A program made the position numbers and the translations under genes. Shown here piece by piece: positions 1-8,799 of a DNA stretch of 64,000 bases; position 1 is the stretch's first letter, and each line of letters begins with the position of its first letter. Source of the DNA: an uncultured Clostridia bacterium (lineage in GTDB: Bacteria > Bacillota > Clostridia > Christensenellales > CAG-314). Under the pieces are notes generated by a model. It saw only the letters and a program-made list of their open reading frames with translations. It did not search any database and was not told the DNA's origin. The stretch spans positions 25,399-89,398 of the forward strand of contig CANQGD010000002.1 of the NCBI GenBank assembly GCA_947601445.1, given 5' to 3'.

Positions 1-936
1 GGACATCACTTGCTGCCAAGACTTATTTTCGTATTTTTGCAGCAGTTCCACCGCTTTGTGTAAGTGGGAGAGTTCGTCGTTAAAGTGTTGTTCCCAAATA
101 TGTTTGACGCTTTCGTCCGTTTCGTCATTCATCAGAGAATAATACAAATAGCACTCCGTATATTCATGCATCAGCAATTCTTCGCACCAACTGCAAGTCG
201 TATCCATCAATCCGCCGTAAAGCGAAACATGCTGTTCTTCGATCATACCTATTTCCGTATATAGTTCGCGCCCGAGTTTGTTTCCGTAAAATGCCGCTTG
301 ATTCATATAGTAGTTCATCGTTTGTTGTTCTGCGGCAGTAAGAATGTTGATGTCCAATTTGGTAAGAGTGTTTGCTTGTTTGAAATTTACATAACGTTTG
401 ATGTCGTCTGTCGGAAAACGGTGATGAGCAATTGTCGGGCGCCCCGGCATCAATTCGGTATATCCTCCGACTAATTTTTCCGCGTAAATTCCCTTGTCCA
501 TTTCCAACAAATCGGCGTAACGATACAGATGGTCGAAGTCTTCTAGTAACGCAAAATCCATGGCTTGTTTCACATATTTGTTGCTTTCGCGTTCGGCAAA
601 TATGGCAGTCAGGTCTACCGCAAGCTGTTCGTATGCGATAGTATGTTCGAGGATGCTTTCGCCGATCGGTTTCAGCGCAGCAATACGTTTTTGCTGTTGT
701 TGTTCTTTGCGTCGGGTCAGGGCAAGCTCGCGTCTCAGTTCGTTGTCGGGACAATGGCGGTGGAAGTGATGACTGAAACCCACAGCCTCATATTCCGTTC
801 CGTTTGCAAGAATAATGCGTACCTTTGTGTAGGGGTCCACATCAAACTTGTTGTACGGTTTGGGTGCAAGTTCTTTCCAACTGTAAAAATCGTCGGTTGT
901 TTTTATGGGTTTTTCGTTGAATGGATTCAAACTCAT
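1..936 (-). CDS. Ferritin-like (diiron-carboxylate type) domain protein; 3' end runs off the window
   Basis: Absent from the ORF track because it stays open to position 1. My reverse translation from ATG 936-934 (SD AAGGAGA at 943-949) reads MSLNPFNEKPIKTTDDFYSWKELAPKPYNKFDVDPYTKV... with no stop in the segments I translated by hand. It has ExxH-like motifs (LLEDFDHLYRY, EIGMIEEQH, NDELSHLH). Confidence 0.6.
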   Translation of the reverse strand, partial: MSLNPFNEKPIKTTDDFYSWKELAPKPYNKFDVDPYTKVRIILANGTEYEAVGFSHHFHRHCPDNELRRELALTRRKEQQQQKRIAALKPIGESILEHTIAYEQLAVDLTAIFAERESNKYVKQAMDFALLEDFDHLYRYADLLEMDKGIYAEKLVGGYTELMPGRPTIAHHRFPTDDIKRYVNFKQANTLTKLDINILTAAEQQTMNYYMNQAAFYGNKLGRELYTEIGMIEEQHVSLYGGLMDTTCSWCEELLMHEYTECYLYYSLMNDETDESVKHIWEQHFNDELSHLHKAVELLQKYENKSWQQVMS

Positions 937-1169
937 TTTGTGTCTCCTTATTTTGATTTTTTCAAGTGTATCCAAAGGCGCGCCGTTTTATACAAATTAC
1001 GGTTACTGCTATTTGTGAAATAATCGAATGTTATTATTTGTAAAATAGTTTGCCGGACAGTGTTTTTTTGCGTCGGATTTTACTGTTTGCAAGTGATTTT
1101 GCCGAAGTTTGAGTCATAAAATAACTTTGGAACGGCGGCTTGTCCGTTTCATACTCTATGTGAAACAGG

Positions 1170-1213
1170 TTGTCCACAAGTTTCGTCCAAATTGTGGATA
1201 ACTTTGTGGATAT
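1170..1213. promoter_or_regulatory. Cluster of three DnaA-box-like 9-mers
   Basis: TTGTCCACA at 1170-1178 (1 mismatch to TTATCCACA). TGTGGATAA at 1193-1201 is a perfect box on the minus strand. TGTGGATAT at 1205-1213 has 1 mismatch. Confidence 0.45.
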
Positions 1214-1336
1214 GTGTATAACTCAGCTGTTTTTTACGAAAAAAAGTGCGAATTTTGTATTTTGTACGCATATATCGCGCAAAAAGATTGAAAAAAACAT
1301 TAACTATACCGTGTTTGCGGATTATCGGGAGTAAAA

Positions 1337-2029
1337 ATGTTTGTTGTATGGAAAGGTAAAAGATTGATCTGCGTGCTGTCCGTTCTTATCGCCGTGCAGT
1401 TGGCGCTCGGAGGTTTTTTGATAGCGCGCAATTTGCCTGCAAAAAAGACAAATCTTATAGACTTTACGGTTGTGATAGACGCCGGACACGGAGGAATAGA
1501 CGGCGGCGTCGTGGGAGTGGACGGCGTTAAAGAAGCGTCGCTCAATCTTGCATATTCCAAAGAATTGGGCGCAATATTCGAAAGAGCCGGTTTCAATGTG
1601 GTGTACACTCGCAAAAATGAGGGAGGCTTGTACGGATTGCCGACCAAAGGATTCAAACTGCGGGATATGCAAGAACGCAAACGAATCATAGAGGAAACCC
1701 ATCCAAATATGATGATAAGCATACATATGAACAAATTCAGCGCCGATACTCGCAGCGGTCCGCAGGTATTTTATCAGCAAGGCGAACGCGACGGACAGTC
1801 GTTGGCGGAAAATTTGCAAAAAGTGTTTAATGATTTTACGGGAATAAATCGTGAGGCTATTGCCGGCGATTATTATGTGTGCAGGGAAACTTCCTGCCCC
1901 GCAGTGATAGTCGAGTGCGGTTTTTTGTCCAATCCCGAAGAATGTGCCGCTCTGCAAAGGTCGGATTATCGCAACAGAATTTGCAATTTGATATTCAACG
2001 GAATAATGTTGTTCCTTTATACGGGTTGA
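1337..2029 (+). CDS. cwlD: N-acetylmuramoyl-L-alanine amidase, germination-specific CwlD-like
   Basis: N-terminal TM segment, then VVIDAGHGGIDGGVVG ... ISIHMN ... VIVECGFLSNPEE, typical of Amidase_3/CwlD. SD GGGAG lies upstream of the ATG. Confidence 0.85.
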   Translation: MFVVWKGKRLICVLSVLIAVQLALGGFLIARNLPAKKTNLIDFTVVIDAGHGGIDGGVVGVDGVKEASLNLAYSKELGAIFERAGFNVVYTRKNEGGLYGLPTKGFKLRDMQERKRIIEETHPNMMISIHMNKFSADTRSGPQVFYQQGERDGQSLAENLQKVFNDFTGINREAIAGDYYVCRETSCPAVIVECGFLSNPEECAALQRSDYRNRICNLIFNGIMLFLYTG

Positions 2030-2113
2030 CGTCATTAAAAATTTTTATACAAAACTGTTGCGGCAAAAGTCTTTTCGCGGTATAATTTTGTCAAGCACAA
2101 AGGAGACTGCGTT

Positions 2114-2434
2114 ATGTTTAGAAAAAACAAAGATAACGAAGATAAATCGAAGCGAAGCGGCGGTTTTTTGGGATTTATCGCTTTTCTCGTAACTGTTTTT
2201 GCAACAATACTTTACATTGTGGCGCTTATTTTGCAATTTATAAATGTCAGCGTCCCCGTGATAGAAACCATGCGTTCCGTTGCGTCGATGCTCACTATCT
2301 GCATAGTCGGAATTTTGGGTTGGAAATTTGTCCGCAATCGTGCAGGTTGGTGTAAAGTGTTGTATGTGTTGCTTATATTGATCGTAATCGTGTGCGTTGT
2401 CTTGCCCATCGTACTGCAATATGTAGGCAAATGA
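2114..2434 (+). CDS. Small integral membrane protein, unknown function
   Basis: SD AAGGAGA sits 7 nt before the ATG. The 106-aa product has three hydrophobic segments. Its stop overlaps the next start (ATGA). Confidence 0.6.
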   Translation: MFRKNKDNEDKSKRSGGFLGFIAFLVTVFATILYIVALILQFINVSVPVIETMRSVASMLTICIVGILGWKFVRNRAGWCKVLYVLLILIVIVCVVLPIVLQYVGK

Positions 2435-2919
2435 TGATAAAAAAAGTCACGGATTATCTGTCTCGTATAGGCGTTGAATATCAATTGATACGCCATCAAG
2501 CGGTAGTAACGACCGAAGAATCGCGTCGGATAATACATGTCGAAGGCTGTATGTCCTGTAAAAGTCTTTATGTAAAGGACAAAAAGAGCGACAATTTTTA
2601 TCTTGTGGTACTTCCGTTTGACAAACGTGCAAATATGCGCGGATTGGCAAGTTATGTGGGATGTGCCAAGTTCGAGTTTGCCACGGAGGAAAAATTGTTT
2701 GCGGATTTGCAGGTGCATCGCGGAAGCGTCAGCCCTTTCGCTTTCCTCAACGAACAAGGAGAAAAACGCGCGCCTCTTTTGATCGACGCGGAAGTGTGGA
2801 ATTCGACCAAAGTAAAATTTCATCCGTGCGACAATACCGCAACGGTAATACTTGCAACAGACGGACTGAAAAAATTTCTCAAAAGTATCGACAAACAAAT
2901 CGTAATAGTAAACGCTTGA
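2431..2919 (+). CDS. YbaK/ProX-type aminoacyl-tRNA deacylase domain protein
   Basis: The 162-aa product (MMIKKVTDYLSRIGVEYQLIRHQAVVTTEE...SVSPFAFLN...) resembles the prolyl-tRNA-synthetase-associated editing domain. I chose the start at the ATGA overlap with the upstream gene. Confidence 0.7.
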   Translation: MMIKKVTDYLSRIGVEYQLIRHQAVVTTEESRRIIHVEGCMSCKSLYVKDKKSDNFYLVVLPFDKRANMRGLASYVGCAKFEFATEEKLFADLQVHRGSVSPFAFLNEQGEKRAPLLIDAEVWNSTKVKFHPCDNTATVILATDGLKKFLKSIDKQIVIVNA

Positions 2920-3025
2920 CGGCGTTTTGTGTGGCATTTGCCGTCGGTTGAGCATATAGTATCTTGAATTGTATCCGTTATTTTTCGGCGGAGACAAAAT
3001 ACATTTTCAAAATTTGTATAATCTC

Positions 3026-3054
3026 TTGACATCGACATTTTATAGTAATATAAT
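3026..3054 (+). promoter_or_regulatory. Sigma-A type promoter
   Basis: TTGACA (3026-3031), 17-nt spacer, TATAAT (3049-3054), located upstream of the 3084 gene. Confidence 0.55.
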
Positions 3055-3083
3055 ATAATCAAATAAAAAAAAGGAGAAAAAAG

Positions 3084-3317
3084 ATGAAATCATTTATCGA
3101 AACTGTTAACAAGTGGCCTTTGATTGTCAAGCTTTTGCTTTGCATCCCCGTGGTGGAAATTTTCTACGGAATTTGCAGAATTATCAATCAAGTTTCAAAG
3201 GGCAACATTCTTTTGCTTATTGTTGCAATCCTGACGGTTATTCCCGGCGCTACGTTTATGTGGCTGGTTGACCTTCTTTGGATACTCTTTACAGGTCACG
3301 CGTGCTTGCTTGGCTAA
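3084..3317 (+). CDS. Small membrane protein, unknown function
   Basis: SD AAAGGAGAAAA precedes the ATG. The 77-aa product has two hydrophobic helices, and a rho-independent terminator follows. Confidence 0.6.
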   Translation: MKSFIETVNKWPLIVKLLLCIPVVEIFYGICRIINQVSKGNILLLIVAILTVIPGATFMWLVDLLWILFTGHACLLG

Positions 3318-3341
3318 AAAGATAAAATGGTTGTTTAAAAA

Positions 3342-3368
3342 ACTCCGCGATACATTCGCGGAGTTTTC
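3342..3368 (+). terminator. Rho-independent terminator
   Basis: Stem ACTCCGCGA / TCGCGGAGT with loop TACAT, followed by TTTT. Confidence 0.75.
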
Positions 3369-3611
3369 CTGTATTTAAGCCCTTTTTGGGGGGTAGCATA
3401 CACGATGTAGCAGATGAAAATCGTAAAATTATCGGAAAATAAACTTATACGTTTGTTAAACAATATTTAGTCGTTTGTTTCGACAAAACTTTGTTGAATA
3501 CATTTGCCTTTTTGCGCTTATCAATACTTCGCGGAAACGGCTTGTAAGTTGCAAACGAGTCTCTGCCAGATTGAAAATATTTTGTACATTTCACCGATCG
3601 CGCGAAAAAAG

Positions 3612-3860
3612 TTATCCTTGCAATCCTTCCGACTGTCTGCGCATATTTTCAATGACTACATCGTACACCTCTCCGAGAGAAGCGCAATATTCCAATACTT
3701 TCCAGGGAGTGTTGGTGTGAAAGTGCAGTTTGATCAATTCATCGTCGCCGACTACCAACAAACAATCGCCTTCGATATTGCGGTTGATATAGTCTATTAT
3801 TTTTTGATCGTACAAATTTTCGCCTTCCAACAGCAGCTGTGTATCGTAAATATATTCCAT
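3612..3860 (-). CDS. Small protein resembling a FakA/YloV (DAK2-fusion) domain fragment
   Basis: Start moved to ATG 3860 (SD AAAGGAGAA 7 nt upstream), giving 82 aa. The motif LIKLHFHTNTPWKVLEYCASLGEVYDVVIENMRRQ recalls the small Clostridial ORFs annotated as kinase-related-to-dihydroxyacetone-kinase. This is recognition from memory only. Confidence 0.4.
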   Translation of the reverse strand: MEYIYDTQLLLEGENLYDQKIIDYINRNIEGDCLLVVGDDELIKLHFHTNTPWKVLEYCASLGEVYDVVIENMRRQSEGLQG

Positions 3861-3967
3861 TGTAATTCTCCTTTGTTTTTTGCTACGTTTATTGTAACTT
3901 TTGTTCATTATTTTGTCAATGGTTAAAATACTACGTTGTGGCAGTCGGAATGAACGCCGCGGCGGAT

Positions 3968-4645
3968 TTATTCCAAATATTGTTTTATTTTGTCGAGCGC
4001 TCTGCTTTCGATACGGGATATGTAACTTCGGCTTATTCCCAATTCGCGAGCCGTTTGCAGTTGAGTTTTGGGCGTGGAACCTTCTTCGAGGCCGTAGCGC
4101 ATCAAAATTATTTTTTGTTCGCGCGCGTTGAGATGTTCACGGATGATTTTCAATAAATTTTGACGCAATATTGACAGCTCTGCTTGGTGGAATACGCTAT
4201 CCTCCTTTACCGCAAGCACATCCATCAAAGTATATTCGTTGCCGTCATTGTCTACGCCGAGCGTGCTGTTGAGATATACCGTGTTTTGGTAACGTTTGTT
4301 CGCGCGCAGCGTCATCAGAATTTCATTTTCAATGCAGCGTGCGAGATAGGTGGCGAGAGTGGTTCCCTTGTCGGTAGAATAACTTTCCACTCCCTTTATA
4401 AGTCCAATTGAACCTATGCTGATCAGATCGTCCAAGTCGTTTTTGCCGTATTTTTTTGCAATGTGCGCAACAAGTCGCATATTGTGGGTTATTAACTTGT
4501 CGCGAGCGCTGCGACTGCCCGCTTTCATTTTTCTTAAACATTCTGCTTCCTCGTCGGGAGAAAGCGGCTGCGGATAGCTGCCGTTAGCGAAGTAACCGGT
4601 AAAAAAGAACAGTCGTTTGAGTAAATTCAACAAAGCTTCCAACAT
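3968..4645 (-). CDS. sigK: RNA polymerase sporulation sigma factor SigK (pro-sigma-K), uninterrupted
   Basis: A pro-sequence is followed by YPQPLSPDEE, MRLVAHIAKKY, DLISIGSIGLIKGVESY and LATYLARCIENEILM. These match the SigK pattern (FPQPLS, RLVAHI.KK, GLIKG.ESY) better than SigE. SD AGGAGAA is present. Confidence 0.85.
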   Translation of the reverse strand: MLEALLNLLKRLFFFTGYFANGSYPQPLSPDEEAECLRKMKAGSRSARDKLITHNMRLVAHIAKKYGKNDLDDLISIGSIGLIKGVESYSTDKGTTLATYLARCIENEILMTLRANKRYQNTVYLNSTLGVDNDGNEYTLMDVLAVKEDSVFHQAELSILRQNLLKIIREHLNAREQKIILMRYGLEEGSTPKTQLQTARELGISRSYISRIESRALDKIKQYLE

Positions 4646-4754
4646 AATTTTCTCCTGCGTTATTTTACTAAAAGATTATGCGAGATATTTGCAAAGGCTT
4701 GTGTATATTTATTTACTTGTCAAAACTATGCAAATAAGTTAAAATAAATTAGTT

Positions 4755-5672
4755 ATGAAGTGTAATTTATGCCCTCGAAATTGCAATGCGGAGCGCTCAA
4801 AAAAGAACGGAATATGTCGGGTTGACGGTATTGTGATTTCGCGTGTGGCAAGGCACGATTGGGAAGAGCCCTGCATTTCCGGAAGTAAAGGCAGCGGAAC
4901 GGTTTTTTTTGCGGGATGTAATTTGCATTGCCGTTTTTGTCAGAATTACGACATATCCGTATCGCCGCACGGTGCGGAAATTTCTTCCGAAAAATTGGCG
5001 GATGTTTTTTTGTATTTGCAGGATACGGGAGTGGCAAATATCAATCTTGTAACGCCTTCGCATGTTGCCGACAAAGTCGCTTGCGCCCTTCGGCTTGCCA
5101 AGCCCTTTTTAACGGTGCCGGTTGTGTACAATACAGGCTCGTATGAAAAAACGGATTCGCTCAAAGCGTTTGAAGGACTTGTAGATGTGTATTTACCCGA
5201 TCTCAAATTTTGCGACGAAGCCGTTTCGCGACTGCTTGCGGGAGCGCCCGATTACTTTGAGGCGGCAACGTCCGCGATAAAAGAAATGAGACGTCAACAG
5301 CCTCGGGATATTTTCGATTCCGGCGGCTACATCGTAAACGGAATGATCGTGCGCCACTTGATATTGCCGTCGTTTGTGGAGGACAGCAAGCGCATTTTGG
5401 ATTGGTTGGCAGATTTTGACAAAGACATATATGTCAGTCTGATGTCGCAGTACTTTCCCGCAAGAGAAGATAAATTTGTCCTCGCTCTAAACCGTCGTCT
5501 GTACAAGCATGAGTACGACAGCGTAAAAGAGTATTTTTTCAACGTGGGTTTGCACAACGGATTTTGTCAGGATTTGAGTTCCGCAACGCGTGATTATTTA
5601 CCCGACTTTCACGATGATGACATCTTGTCGTTGTTGAAAGCCGTGCCTAATGTATTTGAAAAAGCAATTTGA
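4755..5672 (+). CDS. Radical SAM protein, PflX-like (putative activating enzyme)
   Basis: N-terminal CNLCPRNCNAER plus CNLHCRFCQN (CxxxCxxC) cluster, about 300 aa, COG1313-like organisation. Confidence 0.75.
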   Translation: MKCNLCPRNCNAERSKKNGICRVDGIVISRVARHDWEEPCISGSKGSGTVFFAGCNLHCRFCQNYDISVSPHGAEISSEKLADVFLYLQDTGVANINLVTPSHVADKVACALRLAKPFLTVPVVYNTGSYEKTDSLKAFEGLVDVYLPDLKFCDEAVSRLLAGAPDYFEAATSAIKEMRRQQPRDIFDSGGYIVNGMIVRHLILPSFVEDSKRILDWLADFDKDIYVSLMSQYFPAREDKFVLALNRRLYKHEYDSVKEYFFNVGLHNGFCQDLSSATRDYLPDFHDDDILSLLKAVPNVFEKAI

Positions 5673-5679
5673 TACCGAG

Positions 5680-6369
5680 ATGAAGAAACAAACACAAAAA
5701 ATCAATACGTCCGGCAAAGTCGGTATGTGGCAGCTGTTTTGGACATTTTTCAAGACGGGTCTATTTACTTTTGGGGGCGGACAAGCCATGATTTCGATTT
5801 TGGAAGAAGAACTTGTTGCCAAAAAGAAATGGATAACCACGCAAGATATGTTGGATATGTTGGTAATTGCCGAGTCTACGCCCGGCGTAATCGCGGTAAA
5901 CTCCGCAACAAGCATCGGTTACAGAATGCGCGGGGTGTGGGGCGCTATCATTGCCACAATAGGAGTAGTGTTGCCGTCTTTTGTAATAATAACGGCTCTT
6001 TCGTTTTTTCTCAGGTGGTTTTCGGGCAACGTTTGGTATAAGGCGGCATTTGCGGGGATACAGGCATGCGTGACCATTTTGGTGGTAAACGCGTTTGTCA
6101 AGATGTTCCGTCAATTGGAACGCGGATGGTTTTCCGCAATAATATTGGCGGCGTCTTTCAATGTTGCGCTGTTGACGGATTTCAACGTGATATATTTGAT
6201 ATTGATAGGCGGCGTATTGGGTATCGTTTACACGTTGATAGCGGATGCGGTGGCAAAAAACAAAAACAAACGTTTGCCTCTTGAAAGTTTTGAAGCGCAG
6301 GACGATTCTTCTTCGCAGGAAGATGATTCCGAAAAGCGGCAACGTGGAAACGGCGGAGGCGAGCAATGA
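5680..6369 (+). CDS. chrA: Chromate transporter family protein (N-terminal half type)
   Basis: FFKTGLFTFGGGQAMISILEEELV.KKKWIT motif. The start could be 5650 or 5680. The tail is acidic and Ser-rich. Confidence 0.8.
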   Translation: MKKQTQKINTSGKVGMWQLFWTFFKTGLFTFGGGQAMISILEEELVAKKKWITTQDMLDMLVIAESTPGVIAVNSATSIGYRMRGVWGAIIATIGVVLPSFVIITALSFFLRWFSGNVWYKAAFAGIQACVTILVVNAFVKMFRQLERGWFSAIILAASFNVALLTDFNVIYLILIGGVLGIVYTLIADAVAKNKNKRLPLESFEAQDDSSSQEDDSEKRQRGNGGGEQ

Positions 6370-6989
6370 TTTACCTTACGCTGTTTTGGGAGTATTTTAA
6401 GATCGGTTTGTTTACAATAGGCGGCGGTTATGCCATGCTGCCCTTTGTGACGCAGATTGTCACCAAGCATAATTGGATGAGCGAACAACAACTGATAGAG
6501 TTTATCGGTATCGCAGAGTCCACTCCCGGACCGTTTGCAATAAATCTTGCCACTTTTGTCGGCAATGTTGTCGGGTCAGGCACATCGCTGGGCGTTTTCG
6601 GCGGAATTTTGGGTTCATTGGTGGCAACGGTTGCCGTGGTTTTGCCCTCGCTGATAATAATAATTGTCGTAACGCTGGCTTTTGAAAAATTTAAACGCAA
6701 CAAATTTGTACAAGGCGCGTTGAAAGGCATTCGTCCTGTGGTTGTGGGATTGATACTTTCTTCCGTTTTGACTGTCGCTTTTAAGGTGATTTTGCCCGAT
6801 TTCAGTTTTAAAAACCTTACCGGCAGCGGTTTTGATAAATTCAATTGGGTTTCTATGATATTGATATTTGTATTTGCGGCGTTGTCGCAAATAAGGATAA
6901 AAGGGAAAAAGATTCATCCCATCTATCTTATTTTGTCCTCTGCTGTTGTGGGAGTGGTGGTATTCGGAGTTTTTGGTATAGCGCAGTAA
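6366..6989 (+). CDS. chrA: Chromate transporter family protein (second half type)
   Basis: YFKIGLFTIGGGYAMLPF motif. It overlaps the upstream chrA-type gene by 4 nt, the usual split-ChrA pair arrangement. Confidence 0.8.
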   Translation: MIYLTLFWEYFKIGLFTIGGGYAMLPFVTQIVTKHNWMSEQQLIEFIGIAESTPGPFAINLATFVGNVVGSGTSLGVFGGILGSLVATVAVVLPSLIIIIVVTLAFEKFKRNKFVQGALKGIRPVVVGLILSSVLTVAFKVILPDFSFKNLTGSGFDKFNWVSMILIFVFAALSQIRIKGKKIHPIYLILSSAVVGVVVFGVFGIAQ

Positions 6990-7028
6990 CGCAAAAAAGA
7001 TACTTCGGCTTTTTTTTGCACAATAGAG

Positions 7029-7057
7029 TTGCAAATTTCGGCATAGTGTGCTACAAT
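7029..7057 (+). promoter_or_regulatory. Sigma-A promoter with extended -10
   Basis: TTGCAA (7029-7034), 17-nt spacer, TGC-TACAAT (7049-7057). Confidence 0.55.
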
Positions 7058-7122
7058 ATAAACACTGGAAGAATCGCTTTCCGGCAATGGTTTTGCGGCA
7101 GGCGATGACAGGAGCGTTAACT

Positions 7123-7335
7123 ATGGAATTTAAAGATAAAGTAAAAACAGTTAGAAAAAGACTTTATTTAAGTCAGGAAATGATGGCAAAAGAGTTGGGC
7201 GTGGCTTTCGCTACGGTAAATCGCTGGGAATCCGGCAGGTGCAAACCCAATTATCGTGCTCAAAAAAGTTTTGCGGATTTTTGCAAGGCTCACAATATAG
7301 ACGTTGATACGTTGGAAGAGCGTCTTTATATGTAG
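7123..7335 (+). CDS. XRE-family helix-turn-helix transcriptional regulator (70 aa)
   Basis: MEFKDKVKTVRKRLYLSQEMMAKELGVAFATVNRWESGR is a classic HTH_3 pattern. SD AGGAG lies upstream of ATG 7123. Confidence 0.7.
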   Translation: MEFKDKVKTVRKRLYLSQEMMAKELGVAFATVNRWESGRCKPNYRAQKSFADFCKAHNIDVDTLEERLYM

Positions 7336-7455
7336 TTTTTGTAACTCGTATTTACAGTTCACAATCCAACATTTGCCGTGCATGCACGGCAACGCGGTTG
7401 ATGTAACTACTTCAAGCGTCTATCGCAATAGTCGCAAATTGTTTTTTTGTTATTT

Positions 7456-7532
7456 GGAGGCATAGCTCAGTTGGTTAGAGCGCTCGCTTCACATGCGAGA
7501 GGTCGTAGGTTCAAGTCCTACTGTCTCTACCA
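7456..7532 (+). tRNA. tRNA-Val (anticodon CAC), CCA encoded
   Basis: Folded by hand. Acceptor GGAGGCA/TGTCTCT, D arm GCTC-AGTTGGTTA-GAGC, anticodon arm CTCGC-TTCACAT-GCGAG, T arm GTAGG-TTCAAGT-CCTAC, then ACCA. Confidence 0.9.
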
Positions 7533-7567
7533 TAAGGATGTGCCCTTTGGGTGGGCGCAACGAAAAA

Positions 7568-7596
7568 GGAAGAGCAACAAGCGCACTTCCTTTTTT
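7568..7596 (+). terminator. Terminator hairpin after tRNA-Val, nested in a 10-bp inverted repeat
   Basis: GGAAG...CTTCC followed by TTTTTT. It is flanked by the perfect inverted repeat GGATGTGCCC (7536-7545) / GGGCACATCC (7612-7621). Confidence 0.55.
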
Positions 7597-7698
7597 CATT
7601 GCTTTTGGGTCGGGCACATCCGCAGCGGTGTCGACAGTAGGAAGTCGAATTATGTAGCGCGCCACTTCGTTCTGCTTACTCCCACTGCGCGGGAGACG

Positions 7699-7717
7699 AG
7701 TCCTACTGTCTCTACCA
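7699..7717 (+). repeat. Exact 19-nt direct repeat of the tRNA-Val 3' end (att-like)
   Basis: AGTCCTACTGTCTCTACCA at 7514-7532 (tRNA 3' end) recurs at 7699-7717. The sequence just upstream (CTCCC-ACTGCGC-GGGAG) resembles a degraded anticodon arm. Confidence 0.8.
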
Positions 7718-7745
7718 AACGGCAACTTTTAGGAGGAATAGAACA

Positions 7746-8093
7746 ATGAAACCACAAGACATAGTTATAGATATACCGAATGATGAAAAAGTCATTTTCG
7801 AATGTGTTGTATCCTCAATGGATGGCTTTACTTGGTATGACTATAAAGCGGTGTTTACCGATAAGGGCATATGGTTCAAAAGACCGCGGGCATACTTGGC
7901 AGATAGCGGCGTAGACGCCCAACGGATGTTGTACGAATTTATGTCCCACACGGAAGATTGTAAATTTATGCGTCGTCGCGGGATTCGCATTTACTCCAAA
8001 GTCAATGGTAAGCCTTCTGCCAAATTGTATTTTGACGACAATACAGAGAAAGTGAAGGAAATCATAGCGTCCTTTATAAACAAAGCTGAATAA
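7746..8093 (+). CDS. Hypothetical protein (115 aa), possibly bacterial PH-like fold
   Basis: Strong SD AGGAGGAA sits 8 nt before the ATG. I see no recognisable catalytic motif. Confidence 0.55.
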   Translation: MKPQDIVIDIPNDEKVIFECVVSSMDGFTWYDYKAVFTDKGIWFKRPRAYLADSGVDAQRMLYEFMSHTEDCKFMRRRGIRIYSKVNGKPSAKLYFDDNTEKVKEIIASFINKAE

Positions 8094-8161
8094 GCGCACG
8101 GTGTGGTTTTTGTTTGGGTGTTTTTTGTCAAAGTTTTGCGGCAAAAATTGACGAAAATTTC

Positions 8162-8190
8162 TTGCATTTTGCAATCTTCGGAACTATAAT
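8162..8190 (+). promoter_or_regulatory. Sigma-A promoter of the ferritin gene with overlapping small inverted repeat
   Basis: TTGCAT (8162-8167), 17-nt spacer, TATAAT (8185-8190). The inverted repeat TTGCA-TTT-TGCAA overlaps the -35 and could be a metalloregulator site. Confidence 0.55.
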
Positions 8191-8220
8191 ATGTGTGACT
8201 GAAAAAGGAGGTTAAAAGTT

Positions 8221-8739
8221 ATGTTAAACAAAAAAATCGCAGATATGTTAAACGACCAAATAAACAAGGAGCTTTATTCGGCATATTTGTATTTGGATTT
8301 TGCCAACTATTATGCCGATGAAGGGCTTGACGGATTTGCACATTGGTACGAAGTTCAGGCTCAGGAAGAACGGGATCATGCTTTTATGTTGCGCAGATAC
8401 CTTATCAACAACGGTATCAAGGTAGAGTTCAAAAGCATAGCCAAACCCGACAAGGTGTTCAAAAATCATCTTGCGCCGTTGGAGGCGGGATACGAACACG
8501 AGCAATATGTAACGTCGCTCATCACCAATATCTATCACGAGGCGTTTGAACAAAAGGATTACAAGACGATGCAATTCCTCGATTGGTTCATAAAGGAACA
8601 GGGCGAAGAAGAGACCAATGCCGAAGATATGATAAAGAAAATGAAACTTTACGGCAGCGACGCCAAAGGACTGTATGCGCTCAATCAAGAGCTTGCGGCA
8701 AGAACGTATGCTCCCTCCGCAACGGGACCGGCAATGTAG
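8221..8739 (+). CDS. ftnA: Non-heme ferritin
   Basis: MLNKKIADMLNDQINKELYSAYLYLDFANYY...WYEVQAQEERDHAFMLRRYL is the ferritin ferroxidase-centre pattern. SD AAAGGAGG is present. Confidence 0.9.
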   Translation: MLNKKIADMLNDQINKELYSAYLYLDFANYYADEGLDGFAHWYEVQAQEERDHAFMLRRYLINNGIKVEFKSIAKPDKVFKNHLAPLEAGYEHEQYVTSLITNIYHEAFEQKDYKTMQFLDWFIKEQGEEETNAEDMIKKMKLYGSDAKGLYALNQELAARTYAPSATGPAM

Positions 8740-8764
8740 TTGAACGAACAAATCCATATATTTA

Positions 8765-8799
8765 CAAGGACGAGGCAAAAGCCGCGTCCTTGTTGTTTA
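8765..8799 (+). terminator. Rho-independent terminator after ferritin
   Basis: CAAGGACG-AGGC-AAAA-GCC-G-CGTCCTTG followed by a T-rich tail (TTGTTTAT). Confidence 0.6.

Noticed and set aside
164-754. 196-aa minus-strand ORF, and 565-1023 plus-strand ORF
   Set aside because: Both overlap the better-supported edge-truncated ferritin-like gene (936 to 1, another minus frame), which has a strong SD and sensible composition. The listed ORFs are Arg/Cys-rich with no SD.
3968-4645. Possibility of a skin-like element interrupting sigK
   Set aside because: The sigK reading frame is continuous from the pro-sequence through region 4 (225 aa), and no recombinase gene is adjacent.
4646-4754. Sporulation-type promoter for sigK
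   Set aside because: CATAATCTT on the minus strand is only a partial match to CATAnnnTA, and I could not place a convincing -35 or SpoIIID site. Support is too weak to list as a feature.
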